Below are positions 36,860 through 45,863 of a stretch of 64,000 nt of DNA, piece after piece. Source of the stretch: Methanobacteriota archaeon (GTDB lineage: Archaea; Thermoplasmatota; Thermoplasmata; SG8-5; JAGLSY01); contig JAEHCO010000001.1 of assembly GCA_020697715.1 (NCBI GenBank), positions 64,001-128,000 of the forward strand. The letters run 5' to 3'. The position numbers were made by a program, and so were the translations under genes. Position 1 is the stretch's first letter, and every line of letters begins with the position of its first letter. The notes under the pieces are model-generated. The model was given only the letters and a program-made list of their open reading frames with translations. It did no database searches and was not told the origin of the DNA.

Positions 36860-37524
36860 ATGGGCAGAGGGACAGAGGCACTGCCATGGTCAAGCCCCTG
36901 GTCAAACCATTTTTGAAGATCGAACCTAATACCATCAGTGTGATCGCCATCATCTTTGCCATTCTGAGCTTCATCACTCTCTATATGGGAGACCCAGGTA
37001 ATTTCCTCTACTATTCCGAAGATTGGTCAATATATCTTCTTCTTGTAACTTCCCTGTTCGTGATCCTAAATGGATTGTTCGACATGATAGACGGCCTGGT
37101 CGCGAAGATGACTGGCAAAGCCTCTGTGAAGGGAGATTTCATAGATCATGTCTTTGATCGTTATGCAGACATCTTCATCCTGGGTGGGATCATAATATCC
37201 GGATACACGAACTTCTATATCGGATTGTTCGCCCTCGTGGGGGTCTTCATGACCAGCTACATGGGAACCCAGGCGCAGGCACTGGGAGTGAAAAGAGATT
37301 ATGGAGGCATATTGGGAAGAGCGGACCGACTGGCCATGTTATTCCTGTTCCCCATTTTCTTATTCATCCACATCCAATACTTCGATGGCCCCGCTTTGGT
37401 ATCGGTCTTCAATATAGACCTCACATTATTCGATATAATGATGATATGGTTCGGGATCGCTGGTAATCTCACAGCGATCCAGAGAGGTATCAGAACTTGG
37501 CAGGGCTTGTCTGAGAAAGATTAA
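36850..37524 (+). CDS. CDP-alcohol phosphatidyltransferase (archaetidylinositol-phosphate synthase-like)
   Basis: PNTIS, DMIDGLVAK...GDFIDHVFDRYAD. Confidence 0.9.
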   Translation: MVLDGQRDRGTAMVKPLVKPFLKIEPNTISVIAIIFAILSFITLYMGDPGNFLYYSEDWSIYLLLVTSLFVILNGLFDMIDGLVAKMTGKASVKGDFIDHVFDRYADIFILGGIIISGYTNFYIGLFALVGVFMTSYMGTQAQALGVKRDYGGILGRADRLAMLFLFPIFLFIHIQYFDGPALVSVFNIDLTLFDIMMIWFGIAGNLTAIQRGIRTWQGLSEKD

Positions 37525-38642
37525 TTATCCTTATCAGAAGTATCATTCTTTCCTTCTTTTTCATCTTGCTGGCTCTTCCCATTTTCTCCTTTCTTATCCT
37601 TGCCAGTATCTTTTCCCTTGTCCTTATCCCGAGGCTTGCCTTTTATTTTGTAATATGAAAGAGGATGTGTCATCCATTCTTTTTTGCACAAACTATCGGG
37701 TTCGAAGCAAATTCCCTGGGACACCATGGTGTGACAGCTTTGAGGCAGGTATTCCACGCCTGATGATTTGCCAGTGATGTGCTCGATCTGATATCTTGCC
37801 AGATTGACATTGAAATCTGGAGATGTGGCGTATAGAGCTAGTATACCCTCAGTGTCTATCCCGATTGTGTTCAGGAAAGCTGTGAGTGCGAACCTGCCAA
37901 CGTGAGGCAGATTCTCCCCACCCTTCAGGGCATTGAGCATGATCTTCATGCAAGGAGGCAGTCGGACGAAACTGATCCTTCCGAATCCTTCTTTCTTGAA
38001 TTCCTCTTTTTTCTTCTCGATCTCCACCTTGACATTCTCAATGGTCGGCCTGAAGGTTTCGATTATCTCGTCATTCACTGGCAATGGTAATTCATCAGAT
38101 ATTTTATTCTCCAGGGATTGCTGGATCAACCTGCACATCCTTCTCTTGTCCAGGACCAGATAACCAGAATCCAGCTCCTGGGATACGAGAGCCCATTCCT
38201 TCGCCCTCATCTTCGAGCTCAACTTCAGATAATCCGTGAAATGGATCCTCATGTTCTCGCCAGTTTCCAAAGATGCGTTTATGTCCAGGGATAGCGCGAC
38301 CTCATGAACGAAATCCATGTCCTGCTCGACAAGGCGTTTGTGCATGCTCACAGCCTCGGCCAGTGAATAATGGATTATCAGCATTTCATCAGCAGTGGAG
38401 GACACGATCATACGAGCCACGATATAGGACAGCATCTCGAAGAGATAGTCCACATCGGAGACCATCGGATGTTCCTTCACCTCCTTATCGAGAAAAGCCT
38501 CCATCACCCTCTGTATCCCGAGATCCCTGGCCCTTTCATAGGCCGGGTCAGTGATGATGGTATCCAGGGTTACTCCATTCTGCTTGAGGTATGATGACAC
38601 CTCTGGTAAAAATGGGAATAAAGCAAGTACCCTGGGCTCCAT
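37521..38642 (-). CDS. priL: DNA primase large subunit
   Basis: LPPCM, NLPH.GRF, PDF...YQ..HI, C.TM...C...C..HPL.YY. Confidence 0.93.
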   Translation of the reverse strand: MEPRVLALFPFLPEVSSYLKQNGVTLDTIITDPAYERARDLGIQRVMEAFLDKEVKEHPMVSDVDYLFEMLSYIVARMIVSSTADEMLIIHYSLAEAVSMHKRLVEQDMDFVHEVALSLDINASLETGENMRIHFTDYLKLSSKMRAKEWALVSQELDSGYLVLDKRRMCRLIQQSLENKISDELPLPVNDEIIETFRPTIENVKVEIEKKKEEFKKEGFGRISFVRLPPCMKIMLNALKGGENLPHVGRFALTAFLNTIGIDTEGILALYATSPDFNVNLARYQIEHITGKSSGVEYLPQSCHTMVSQGICFEPDSLCKKEWMTHPLSYYKIKGKPRDKDKGKDTGKDKKGENGKSQQDEKEGKNDTSDKDN

Positions 38643-38678
38643 GCATGTATGATGAGACTTAGATAATAAAAAACTATC

Positions 38679-40595
38679 CTACTTCAATCTGATAGTCTCA
38701 AGGTTCATTGGAGCTCGAGTTTCAAATCCAAATTTCCTATAAAGGCTGCTGGCCAGATCAGAGCATTTGTACTCCTCACCGTGGCCGATAAGTATCTTCT
38801 CCGGCCGTGGGTCAAGCCCATCGATGTAATTCAGCAACTGCATCCTGTCCGAGTGCCCGGAGAAACCATCGATTATTTCGATGTTAAGCTTGACATCGAC
38901 AGTTATGCCACCGCCTCTCTCATTGAGCATGATCTGCTTCCAGCCCTTCTGAATTCTTCGCCCAATGGTGCCTTCTGCCTGATAACCGACAAACACAATA
39001 GTATTCTTGGGATGGGGTGCCCAGGCCTTGAAATATTCCAGGACTGGCCCACCATTCATCATACCCGCGGTCGCGAGAACGATGCAAGGCTCTGGATCAT
39101 CGCAGATCCTGTGCCTCATCTCATGGCTGTCCACTCTCTGGAAGATGGGTGAAAGGAAAGGATTCTCGCCCTGCTGGAATATCTGGGTTCTCAGGGAACT
39201 GTTCAGGAATTCAGGATATGCAGTGTGGATGGCGGTCGCTTCCCATATCATACCATCCAGATATATCGGAACTGTTGGGATCTGCTCATTTCGCATGAGA
39301 TCCTCCATAACTAACATAACTTCTTGAGAACGCCCAACGGCAAACACTGGAATTATGACCTTGCCCTCTCTCTTCAAGGTCCTTTTCAGAACCTCTTTCA
39401 ACTGCGCAGAGGCATCATGACGGCTTGGTTGCAGGTCATGATATCCTCCGTATGTGGATTCCATAATGATCGCTTCAAGTCTGGGGAAGCGATTGACTGC
39501 CGCATTGAAGAGCCAGGATTTCTCGAACTTGATATCACCGGTAAAGGCGATATTATACAATCCATCGCCTATGTGGAAATGACTGGTCGCTGACCCCAGG
39601 ATATGGCCCGCATTCTGGAATGTGAGGCGGACATCTGGCGAGATATCCGTTGTCTCGCCATATTTCAAGGTTATGCAGCGCTTGACCATTTCCCTGACAT
39701 GGGTGGAGTCATACGGTGCTTTTCTGGCCTCTCCGAAAGAAACTTTTATGAAATCTATCAGAAGAAGGGACATCAGGTCTCTTGTTGGGGCCGTGCAGTA
39801 TACTGGGCCTTCATAACCGTATTTGTAAAGAGCTGGTAGAAGACCGGAGTGATCGAGATGTGCATGTGTGATGACCACCGCATCGAGAGAATCCAATGGC
39901 TGTAGCTCGGGAGCATTAAGGAAGGGGTGTGCGCCATCTCCTGAAGGCATGACACCACAATCGATCAATATCTTACTGTCCTTGGTCATGAGCAAGCTGG
40001 CGCTACGACCGACCTCTCTGTAACCACCCAGGGCGGTCATCCTGACAAAGCTCTCCCCGGAGGAAGTGCTTCGGGCAAGTTTACGGCCATGTTTCCGAAG
40101 GAAGTCCTGCCTCTCGGTCTTGACCGAGCGCAGATATTTGCGTACCTCATTAACTGTCTTTGATGGAATTGGAGGAGCACGAACCACCTTGGGTGCCCAG
40201 CCAATTTTCTTTTTAAGATCATTGAGAACTGCCCCGTGCTTGCCTATGACGATGCCGGGAGATATGGCCTCTATGGTCACCACTCCAGTATCGTCATCGA
40301 AGAAGATATCGGTAACTTCCGCTTCCGTGGGTATTATCTCCCTGATCTTCTTTTCGGATTCTTCAGTGTGAGTCAGCAGTGAAGGATCGGGTCTTATGGA
40401 GATCCTTCTTCTCAATGCCTGAGCTAATAATCTGACAAGTTCATTATTGTCAGCGAAGTCTTCCATGTTCTTTGTATAAATTACAATAACAGGACCCTCG
40501 AAATCTATGCTGGTAATTGTGATGCTGGGTGGGACTATCTTCTTAATCTCCCTCTCTGCATCTTCCAGTATCTTATCTACAGACATGGCATTCAC
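38679..40595 (-). CDS. fttA: KH-domain beta-CASP ribonuclease aCPSF1 (FttA)
   Basis: IDFEGP, PGIVIGK, GG.REVGRS, HAHLDH, AGHILGS, FSGHSD; adjacent to psmB. Confidence 0.95.
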   Translation of the reverse strand: MNAMSVDKILEDAEREIKKIVPPSITITSIDFEGPVIVIYTKNMEDFADNNELVRLLAQALRRRISIRPDPSLLTHTEESEKKIREIIPTEAEVTDIFFDDDTGVVTIEAISPGIVIGKHGAVLNDLKKKIGWAPKVVRAPPIPSKTVNEVRKYLRSVKTERQDFLRKHGRKLARSTSSGESFVRMTALGGYREVGRSASLLMTKDSKILIDCGVMPSGDGAHPFLNAPELQPLDSLDAVVITHAHLDHSGLLPALYKYGYEGPVYCTAPTRDLMSLLLIDFIKVSFGEARKAPYDSTHVREMVKRCITLKYGETTDISPDVRLTFQNAGHILGSATSHFHIGDGLYNIAFTGDIKFEKSWLFNAAVNRFPRLEAIIMESTYGGYHDLQPSRHDASAQLKEVLKRTLKREGKVIIPVFAVGRSQEVMLVMEDLMRNEQIPTVPIYLDGMIWEATAIHTAYPEFLNSSLRTQIFQQGENPFLSPIFQRVDSHEMRHRICDDPEPCIVLATAGMMNGGPVLEYFKAWAPHPKNTIVFVGYQAEGTIGRRIQKGWKQIMLNERGGGITVDVKLNIEIIDGFSGHSDRMQLLNYIDGLDPRPEKILIGHGEEYKCSDLASSLYRKFGFETRAPMNLETIRLK

Positions 40596-40621
40596 TCACT
40601 ACTCTGTTTAATCTGGTCAAA

Positions 40622-41263
40622 TTATGATATTTTCATTTTGGTCAGTTTCTTATTGATCTCATCATCTGTCAATTCTTTAAAGCCCTTACTTGATATCAAT
40701 GCAACACTCACGCCATTTCCAGAGGCAGAATCCCTCTTCATCGCCATGTGCAATGCTCTTATGGCAAGGTCCGCGCCTTCATCAAGTGTCAGGCCTTCTT
40801 TGAAATGATCTTCAAGAACACCATAAACATATGGAGAACCAGATCCAGTTGTCACATAATCATCAGGTATCGATCCACCTGCGGCATCCAAAGAATAGAC
40901 ATGGTATCCATCCTTGTCAATACCTGCTACGATCAGCTGAACGTAATAGGGAGCGAACTTGCGCCCATTGAGGATATTTGACATGAGCGTGGCAGCAGCC
41001 ACGATCGGCATCGGGTTCTTCTGCTTCATGTTATAAAGCTCAGCCTCAGCCCTGAGATACCTGGCCAATACCTGAGCATCTCCCACAAGACCTGCAACTG
41101 TCAGGCCGATATTATCATCGATCTTGAACAGTTTCTGCGTCTTCTTATGTGCAATAAGCGTACCCATGGTGGCTCTGTGTTCAGTAGCAATAACTACTCC
41201 ATCCTTGCATGTGAGGCCAACTGTTGTCGTCCCCTTCAGTAAATTATTTTTTTCATTATCCAT
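40622..41263 (-). CDS. psmB: Proteasome beta subunit
   Basis: KG|[26 protein letters not shown]. Confidence 0.96.
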   Translation of the reverse strand: MDNEKNNLLKGTTTVGLTCKDGVVIATEHRATMGTLIAHKKTQKLFKIDDNIGLTVAGLVGDAQVLARYLRAEAELYNMKQKNPMPIVAAATLMSNILNGRKFAPYYVQLIVAGIDKDGYHVYSLDAAGGSIPDDYVTTGSGSPYVYGVLEDHFKEGLTLDEGADLAIRALHMAMKRDSASGNGVSVALISSKGFKELTDDEINKKLTKMKIS

Positions 41264-41466
41264 GTAATCACTCACCCAAAATGTTGATAGAATATAGAAA
41301 GCGGTAAACCGCAAACTCTTTCATTTTGTCTTCTATGATAACAAACTACATCATGCATATGTATAGATGTATATAATCGTTTCTAAAACAATATCGATGT
41401 GGGAGTGAGATTATCGGGAAATATTATTCAAAATATCCAGAAATATGCCAAATAAAATTATAGGCA

Positions 41467-41844
41467 TTAAAGAACTTTCAACTGCATCTCATTACCACTC
41501 CTGTCATAGGCCTTCCAGGAATCTTTTTTGTAGGGATAATGAGCGATGATGTGTGTGGAGCCATATCTTGAAAATAAGTTTAGATCAGCATCCGATGGTT
41601 GAGGGTGCATGCTGGGATGTGAATGTGCGATGCCCACTATTGAAAAATCAATGGGCAACATATGAAGGCGCAGTATCGCACTACTTCCACCAGATATAGT
41701 TCCAGGAACAAGTATCAACTCGGTTATTACGCCATCTTGACCTCTCATAGCGCATGCGAACTCCTTTGGATGACTATCTTTGGCTGATGCCATGATCATG
41801 GATATGACGGATCTCAATACAGCATATGGTTTTTTATTTATCAT
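41467..41844 (-). CDS. JAB/MPN+ (Mov34) metalloprotease
   Basis: HPKEF...HSHP....PSDAD. Confidence 0.85.
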   Translation of the reverse strand: MINKKPYAVLRSVISMIMASAKDSHPKEFACAMRGQDGVITELILVPGTISGGSSAILRLHMLPIDFSIVGIAHSHPSMHPQPSDADLNLFSRYGSTHIIAHYPYKKDSWKAYDRSGNEMQLKVL

Positions 41845-41877
41845 TGTTCCAATAACTCCAGAATAATCTCTACCATA

Positions 41878-42675
41878 TCAAACCGTCAGATTCTCCCAAA
41901 CCTTCTGATAGAAACTTTTACCGAACTGGATGAACCTGGATGGTTTTTCTGACATGGTGAACGACACCGTGTCAGAAGGCCCAACATCTATCTGCTCCTG
42001 GCCATCCAGCACCAGGACACAATCCTTGCCCTTTAATGGCTTAATTTGGATCTGGCTCTTGGCCGGGACCACGATGGGTCTGGCGGATAATCTGAAGGGC
42101 GCGATGGGCGCGATGACGAAAGCCTCGGCCTTGGGGTCGATGATCGGACCTCCAACACTCAGAGAATAACAGGTCGAGCCAGTGGATGTTGACACGATAA
42201 TGCCATCAGCCCTTATGCACATGGCCTGATCTCCATCTATCAATATCTCAAAATCTCTCATCTTCGAGATATGGGAAGTGTGGATCACACCTTCATTCGT
42301 GCAATCCAGAAGTCTTTTTTCGTTTATGGACACCTGCATGCGTATCCTTTCCTCAATAGTGTAATCTCCATTCTTCACCCTCTGGAGCTTTTCATCAAGG
42401 TCATCCATATCCGCAGAAGCCAGGAAGCCCACAAGGCCAGCATTGATTCCCAGAATAGGAGCGTCGTTCATCTGCAATGCCTTCAGGATGGTTCCATCCC
42501 CACCTATTGTTATGAGGATGTCAACATCAAGGTCTTTGATATTGTAACCTTCGATACCCAACATGGATGCCAGATCTCCAGATATCTTCACATCGGGACC
42601 AAGGATCTCCATGGTCCTCTTGGCTATGTCGATCACATCTCTGACTTTGGGATTGGCTACAAGACCATATTTCAT
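41878..42675 (-). CDS. nadK: NAD kinase
   Basis: GGDGT, GINAG.VGFL, NE, ADG..VST.TGST.YSLS.GGP. Confidence 0.93.
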   Translation of the reverse strand: MKYGLVANPKVRDVIDIAKRTMEILGPDVKISGDLASMLGIEGYNIKDLDVDILITIGGDGTILKALQMNDAPILGINAGLVGFLASADMDDLDEKLQRVKNGDYTIEERIRMQVSINEKRLLDCTNEGVIHTSHISKMRDFEILIDGDQAMCIRADGIIVSTSTGSTCYSLSVGGPIIDPKAEAFVIAPIAPFRLSARPIVVPAKSQIQIKPLKGKDCVLVLDGQEQIDVGPSDTVSFTMSEKPSRFIQFGKSFYQKVWENLTV

Positions 42676-43451
42676 AAAAAGACCTCCAGGATACTATCAT
42701 CCATCAAGGCTATCATATTATTTCGATCATCGAGATCGAGGCTCATTGAGAGTGGTTTGCCAGAGGTATCGTATATCTGGCCGCCAGCCTCTCGGAGTAT
42801 CAGGACCGAGGCCGCGATATCCGTCACTCGCAATCTCTGAGTTGGATCATCATTATTATAGTAATAAACACTGGACTGGCCAGAGGCCACAGAGCATATA
42901 TCGAGGGAAGCGGATCCAAAGGCTCTCACTTTCTTGAAATTCTTAATAATATCATATATGCCAGTATTTGTATCGCCACCGAAATGAGTGGATATCATGA
43001 GATTATCCAACTCTGCATTTGTCTGGGTGCTATCCAGCTTCACACCATTGAAATAAGCCCCTTCACCTTTTTCCGCGTGGTAAAGGTCCCCAGTGCATGG
43101 ATTGTAGACGATACCGAGGCTGATATCTTGGATATTCTGCCTTCCTATGGCCAGTGATACACTGAAATAAGGAATGTTCCTCTTGGCATTGGATGTGCCA
43201 TCAATTGGATCCACAACAAGGGTATCATCAAAACCTCTGTCAATGAATCCAGCCTCTTCACTCAGGATATTAAGAGGTAGCTTCTCACCCTCGACATAAT
43301 CCAATATGATCTTCTCCGCCACCTTGTCAATATGAGCGGTGGGAGTACCATCAGCACCCATTTCCACTGGCCTGGCTCTATCCTTAACAGGGATCTGATT
43401 GACCACATTGCCAATGTCCTGAGCCAGAATTATCAGTTCGTCCATCATCAT
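42672..43451 (-). CDS. suhB: Inositol monophosphatase / FBPase-NADP phosphatase family
   Basis: GADGTPT..D, SEE, DPIDGT, DIAA...EAGG. Confidence 0.88.
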   Translation of the reverse strand: MMMDELIILAQDIGNVVNQIPVKDRARPVEMGADGTPTAHIDKVAEKIILDYVEGEKLPLNILSEEAGFIDRGFDDTLVVDPIDGTSNAKRNIPYFSVSLAIGRQNIQDISLGIVYNPCTGDLYHAEKGEGAYFNGVKLDSTQTNAELDNLMISTHFGGDTNTGIYDIIKNFKKVRAFGSASLDICSVASGQSSVYYYNNDDPTQRLRVTDIAASVLILREAGGQIYDTSGKPLSMSLDLDDRNNMIALMDDSILEVFL

Positions 43452-43485
43452 ATTGATAGAGGAACTTCGAGCTTATATAATTTAT

Positions 43486-43764
43486 CTAATCATTAAAAAT
43501 AGTGGAAAAACCAGGGATACCTATTCCCTGGTCTTTCATCAGCTTACGAATGCTGAAGTCTATCTCGTAGGACTCGGCAAGTTGCTTGGCCAGCTTCTTG
43601 TCCATGCCATTTTTTATGAGGCCTTTCTTGAAAGCTCTAGCAGACCTTTTCATCCTTCTCTTGAACACCATATATGCCCAGAGAAATTTCATGACAAGGC
43701 CTGGTAATTTTGGCACTATACTTGCGACCATCCTCAGTTCTTCATTCTTTGGCGTAGGTATCAC
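43486..43764 (-). CDS. Small basic hypothetical protein
   Basis: SD AGGAGTG; F.K.L...GM....A..LA..Y motif echoes the upstream gene. Confidence 0.65.
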   Translation of the reverse strand: MIPTPKNEELRMVASIVPKLPGLVMKFLWAYMVFKRRMKRSARAFKKGLIKNGMDKKLAKQLAESYEIDFSIRKLMKDQGIGIPGFSTIFND

Positions 43765-43774
43765 TCCTATCAGG

Positions 43775-44149
43775 TCACTCGTCTTCGTCCAATATACCTT
43801 TGTTCTTCAGCTTCACTTTGATCTTCTTCTCGATCTCGTCACCGAACTCATCGCCATGCTTGTGGCCACCACCGATATTGATATTATCTCCGCCAAGACC
43901 GCCAATGGCCTGGCTTATCAATAATCCAGGGCTGGAACTCTCCATGAACTTCTGTGTGAGCTCGTAAGCTTTGTCTGCTGGCATTCCATTGTCCACCATG
44001 GTCTTATAGAACTCGGCAACGGACTTTCCGAATTCTTTTGTCTTCTCGGGATTGAAGAGTGCGTCTGTTATCTCATTCAGTAACTTGGGAACCGTATCGG
44101 ATACGGCCTCGAGTATTTCTCTTACTTCTTGTGCGTCTTTATCTGACAT
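43775..44149 (-). CDS. Hypothetical helical protein
   Basis: Strong SD AAGGAGGT; FYK.MV..GMP...A..LT..FM. Confidence 0.75.
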   Translation of the reverse strand: MSDKDAQEVREILEAVSDTVPKLLNEITDALFNPEKTKEFGKSVAEFYKTMVDNGMPADKAYELTQKFMESSSPGLLISQAIGGLGGDNINIGGGHKHGDEFGDEIEKKIKVKLKNKGILDEDE

Positions 44150-44165
44150 TTTTTTACCTCCTTAT

Positions 44166-44241
44166 GCAGTTTCTTTTTTTTAATGTGTGAACTTGCTTCG
44201 CACATTATTTTACTTCGAGTTTCCGAAGTTCTTTCAACTGC
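44166..44241 (-). promoter_or_regulatory. Structured 5' leader (three-way junction) ending just before the SD of 44149
   Basis: gcagtt/aactgc closing acttcg/cgaagt and aatgtg.gaa/ttc.cacatt; TATA-like TTTATATA at ~44269-44276. Confidence 0.4.
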
Positions 44242-44433
44242 TCTATGAGTAGAATACGGTGGTTAGGGTATATAAAAAAACTGGAAATAAGTGACCACTT
44301 TTTGTTCCACTCAGGCGTGGGGCTGTATTCCCCGAATGGTCACACAAAATGTGATAAATTGTTTCCCCTGCAAAGGGTGGGTCTATTCGATGTCCCAGTA
44401 TGGTGGGGGCCGGAAGGCGGGCGAATGAATCCA

Positions 44434-44460
44434 TCAGGACAGTCCCAATATCTTCAGCCA
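44434..44460 (-). pseudogene. Diverged duplicate of the last 9 codons (WLKILGLS*) of 44477..44950
   Basis: TGG CTG AAG ATA TTG GGA CTG TCC TGA versus gene TGG CTG AAG ATA CTT GGT CTA TCG TGA. Confidence 0.75.
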
Positions 44461-44476
44461 GAAGCCTTTTCTTTTA

Positions 44477-44950
44477 TCACGATAGACCAAGTATCTTCAG
44501 CCAACGATCAGCCAGCTCCTGCGTGATCGCATACCTCTTGGTCTTCTTATCGTCCAGAACTTCAACAGCTCCGACATCCACCAGGAAGGCTAACTTTTCC
44601 CTCACGGTCTTTCGAGATGCGCTACCGCGTCTCTCCTTCAGGAGATCCGCGATCTGGGATATGTTCAGCTCCGGTTTTTCAAAGAGTATGTTGATGATCT
44701 CCTTGGATATCGAATCCTTCAGTTCCGGCAATAGGAGGTCGGGCGAGATATGGCCGTGGCGGCGGTAGAGATCGATTATTCTGAAGTAACCCTCGGTGAT
44801 GTTTCGAAGGCGGCCCATATGTTCAGCGAATTCTCCATATGGCTTGGATATGTCGCCCATGGTGTTTTCCAGACTGGCCATCTTCTCCGAGATGTCTCTA
44901 AGCTCTTCCCGGATATCGGCATCTTCCTTCTTTTCGTCCTTGCTCGCCAC
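44477..44950 (-). CDS. Coiled-coil + winged-HTH protein
   Basis: LNISQIADLL...ASRKTVREKL..L...GAV. Confidence 0.8.
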   Translation of the reverse strand: MASKDEKKEDADIREELRDISEKMASLENTMGDISKPYGEFAEHMGRLRNITEGYFRIIDLYRRHGHISPDLLLPELKDSISKEIINILFEKPELNISQIADLLKERRGSASRKTVREKLAFLVDVGAVEVLDDKKTKRYAITQELADRWLKILGLS

Positions 44951-45095
44951 GACACCATATTGATTAGAGTATCTATAACCCTTTTGTTTACTTCAACAAT
45001 AATTGAGGTTGCCTTTTTGATCAATGAACTGTAGCAAAATATTATATTGATATCTCATTGATAAATTTATTAGTCCACAGGTCCATGACCCTTGC

Positions 45096-45755
45096 ATGGA
45101 CGAAGCTTCCCCACAAGGTCTAAAAAGCATTGACAAACAACCTTACACACTCAATATGAACCCTGGAGTTTCAGTGTACGGAGAGGCATTGAAGAAAATA
45201 TCTGGTTCAGAGTACAGATATTGGGATCCAAGCAGGAGCAAGCTGGCCGCCTATCTTCGCAAAAAGGGAAAGGAATTCTCTTATCATGAGAATTCCAGCA
45301 TCCTCTATCTCGGAGCAGCCAGTGGTACCACCGTTAGCCATCTTTCCGATCTTCTTGTAAATGGGAGGGTATTCGCGGTCGAGTTCTCCAGGATACCTTT
45401 CACCAAGTTACTGGGTCTGTGTGAGACAAGAAAGAATATCATGCCGATACAGGGCGATGCGAACGATCCCGATGCCTACAGTTTCATGGTGGGCCAGGCG
45501 GATATTCTTTATGAGGATGTGTCCCAGAAGAATCAGGTCGAGATATTCATCAAGAACTCCATAATGCTCAAGAAAGGCGGCAAGGGATTCCTGGCTGTCA
45601 AGGCAAGATGCATCGATGTATCCAGAGATCCGAAGAAGATCTTTTCGGATTGTGCAAAGGAGCTGGAAGCCAGTGGTTTCGAGATACAGGATAACCGAGA
45701 TCTTGGACCTTTTGAAAAGGACCATGCGATGATCGTTGTAAAGAAAATTGTTTGA
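45096..45755 (+). CDS. flpA: Fibrillarin rRNA/tRNA 2'-O-methyltransferase
   Basis: VYGE, W.P.RSKLAA, LYLGAASGTTVSH.SD, AVEFS, PFEKDH. Confidence 0.96.
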   Translation: MDEASPQGLKSIDKQPYTLNMNPGVSVYGEALKKISGSEYRYWDPSRSKLAAYLRKKGKEFSYHENSSILYLGAASGTTVSHLSDLLVNGRVFAVEFSRIPFTKLLGLCETRKNIMPIQGDANDPDAYSFMVGQADILYEDVSQKNQVEIFIKNSIMLKKGGKGFLAVKARCIDVSRDPKKIFSDCAKELEASGFEIQDNRDLGPFEKDHAMIVVKKIV

Positions 45756-45863
45756 GCCTATATTTTATTGGAATATCATTTCTGCTATAATTAATATGCT
45801 TAACTATAGTGATAATATAAATATTATTAGTAAGGTAACACTGTTGAAATACAGGTATTTGGA

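Noticed and set aside
44401-44425. GGCCGGAAGG resembling SRP RNA helix 8
   Set aside because: No following AGCA motif or long GC-rich SRP helices
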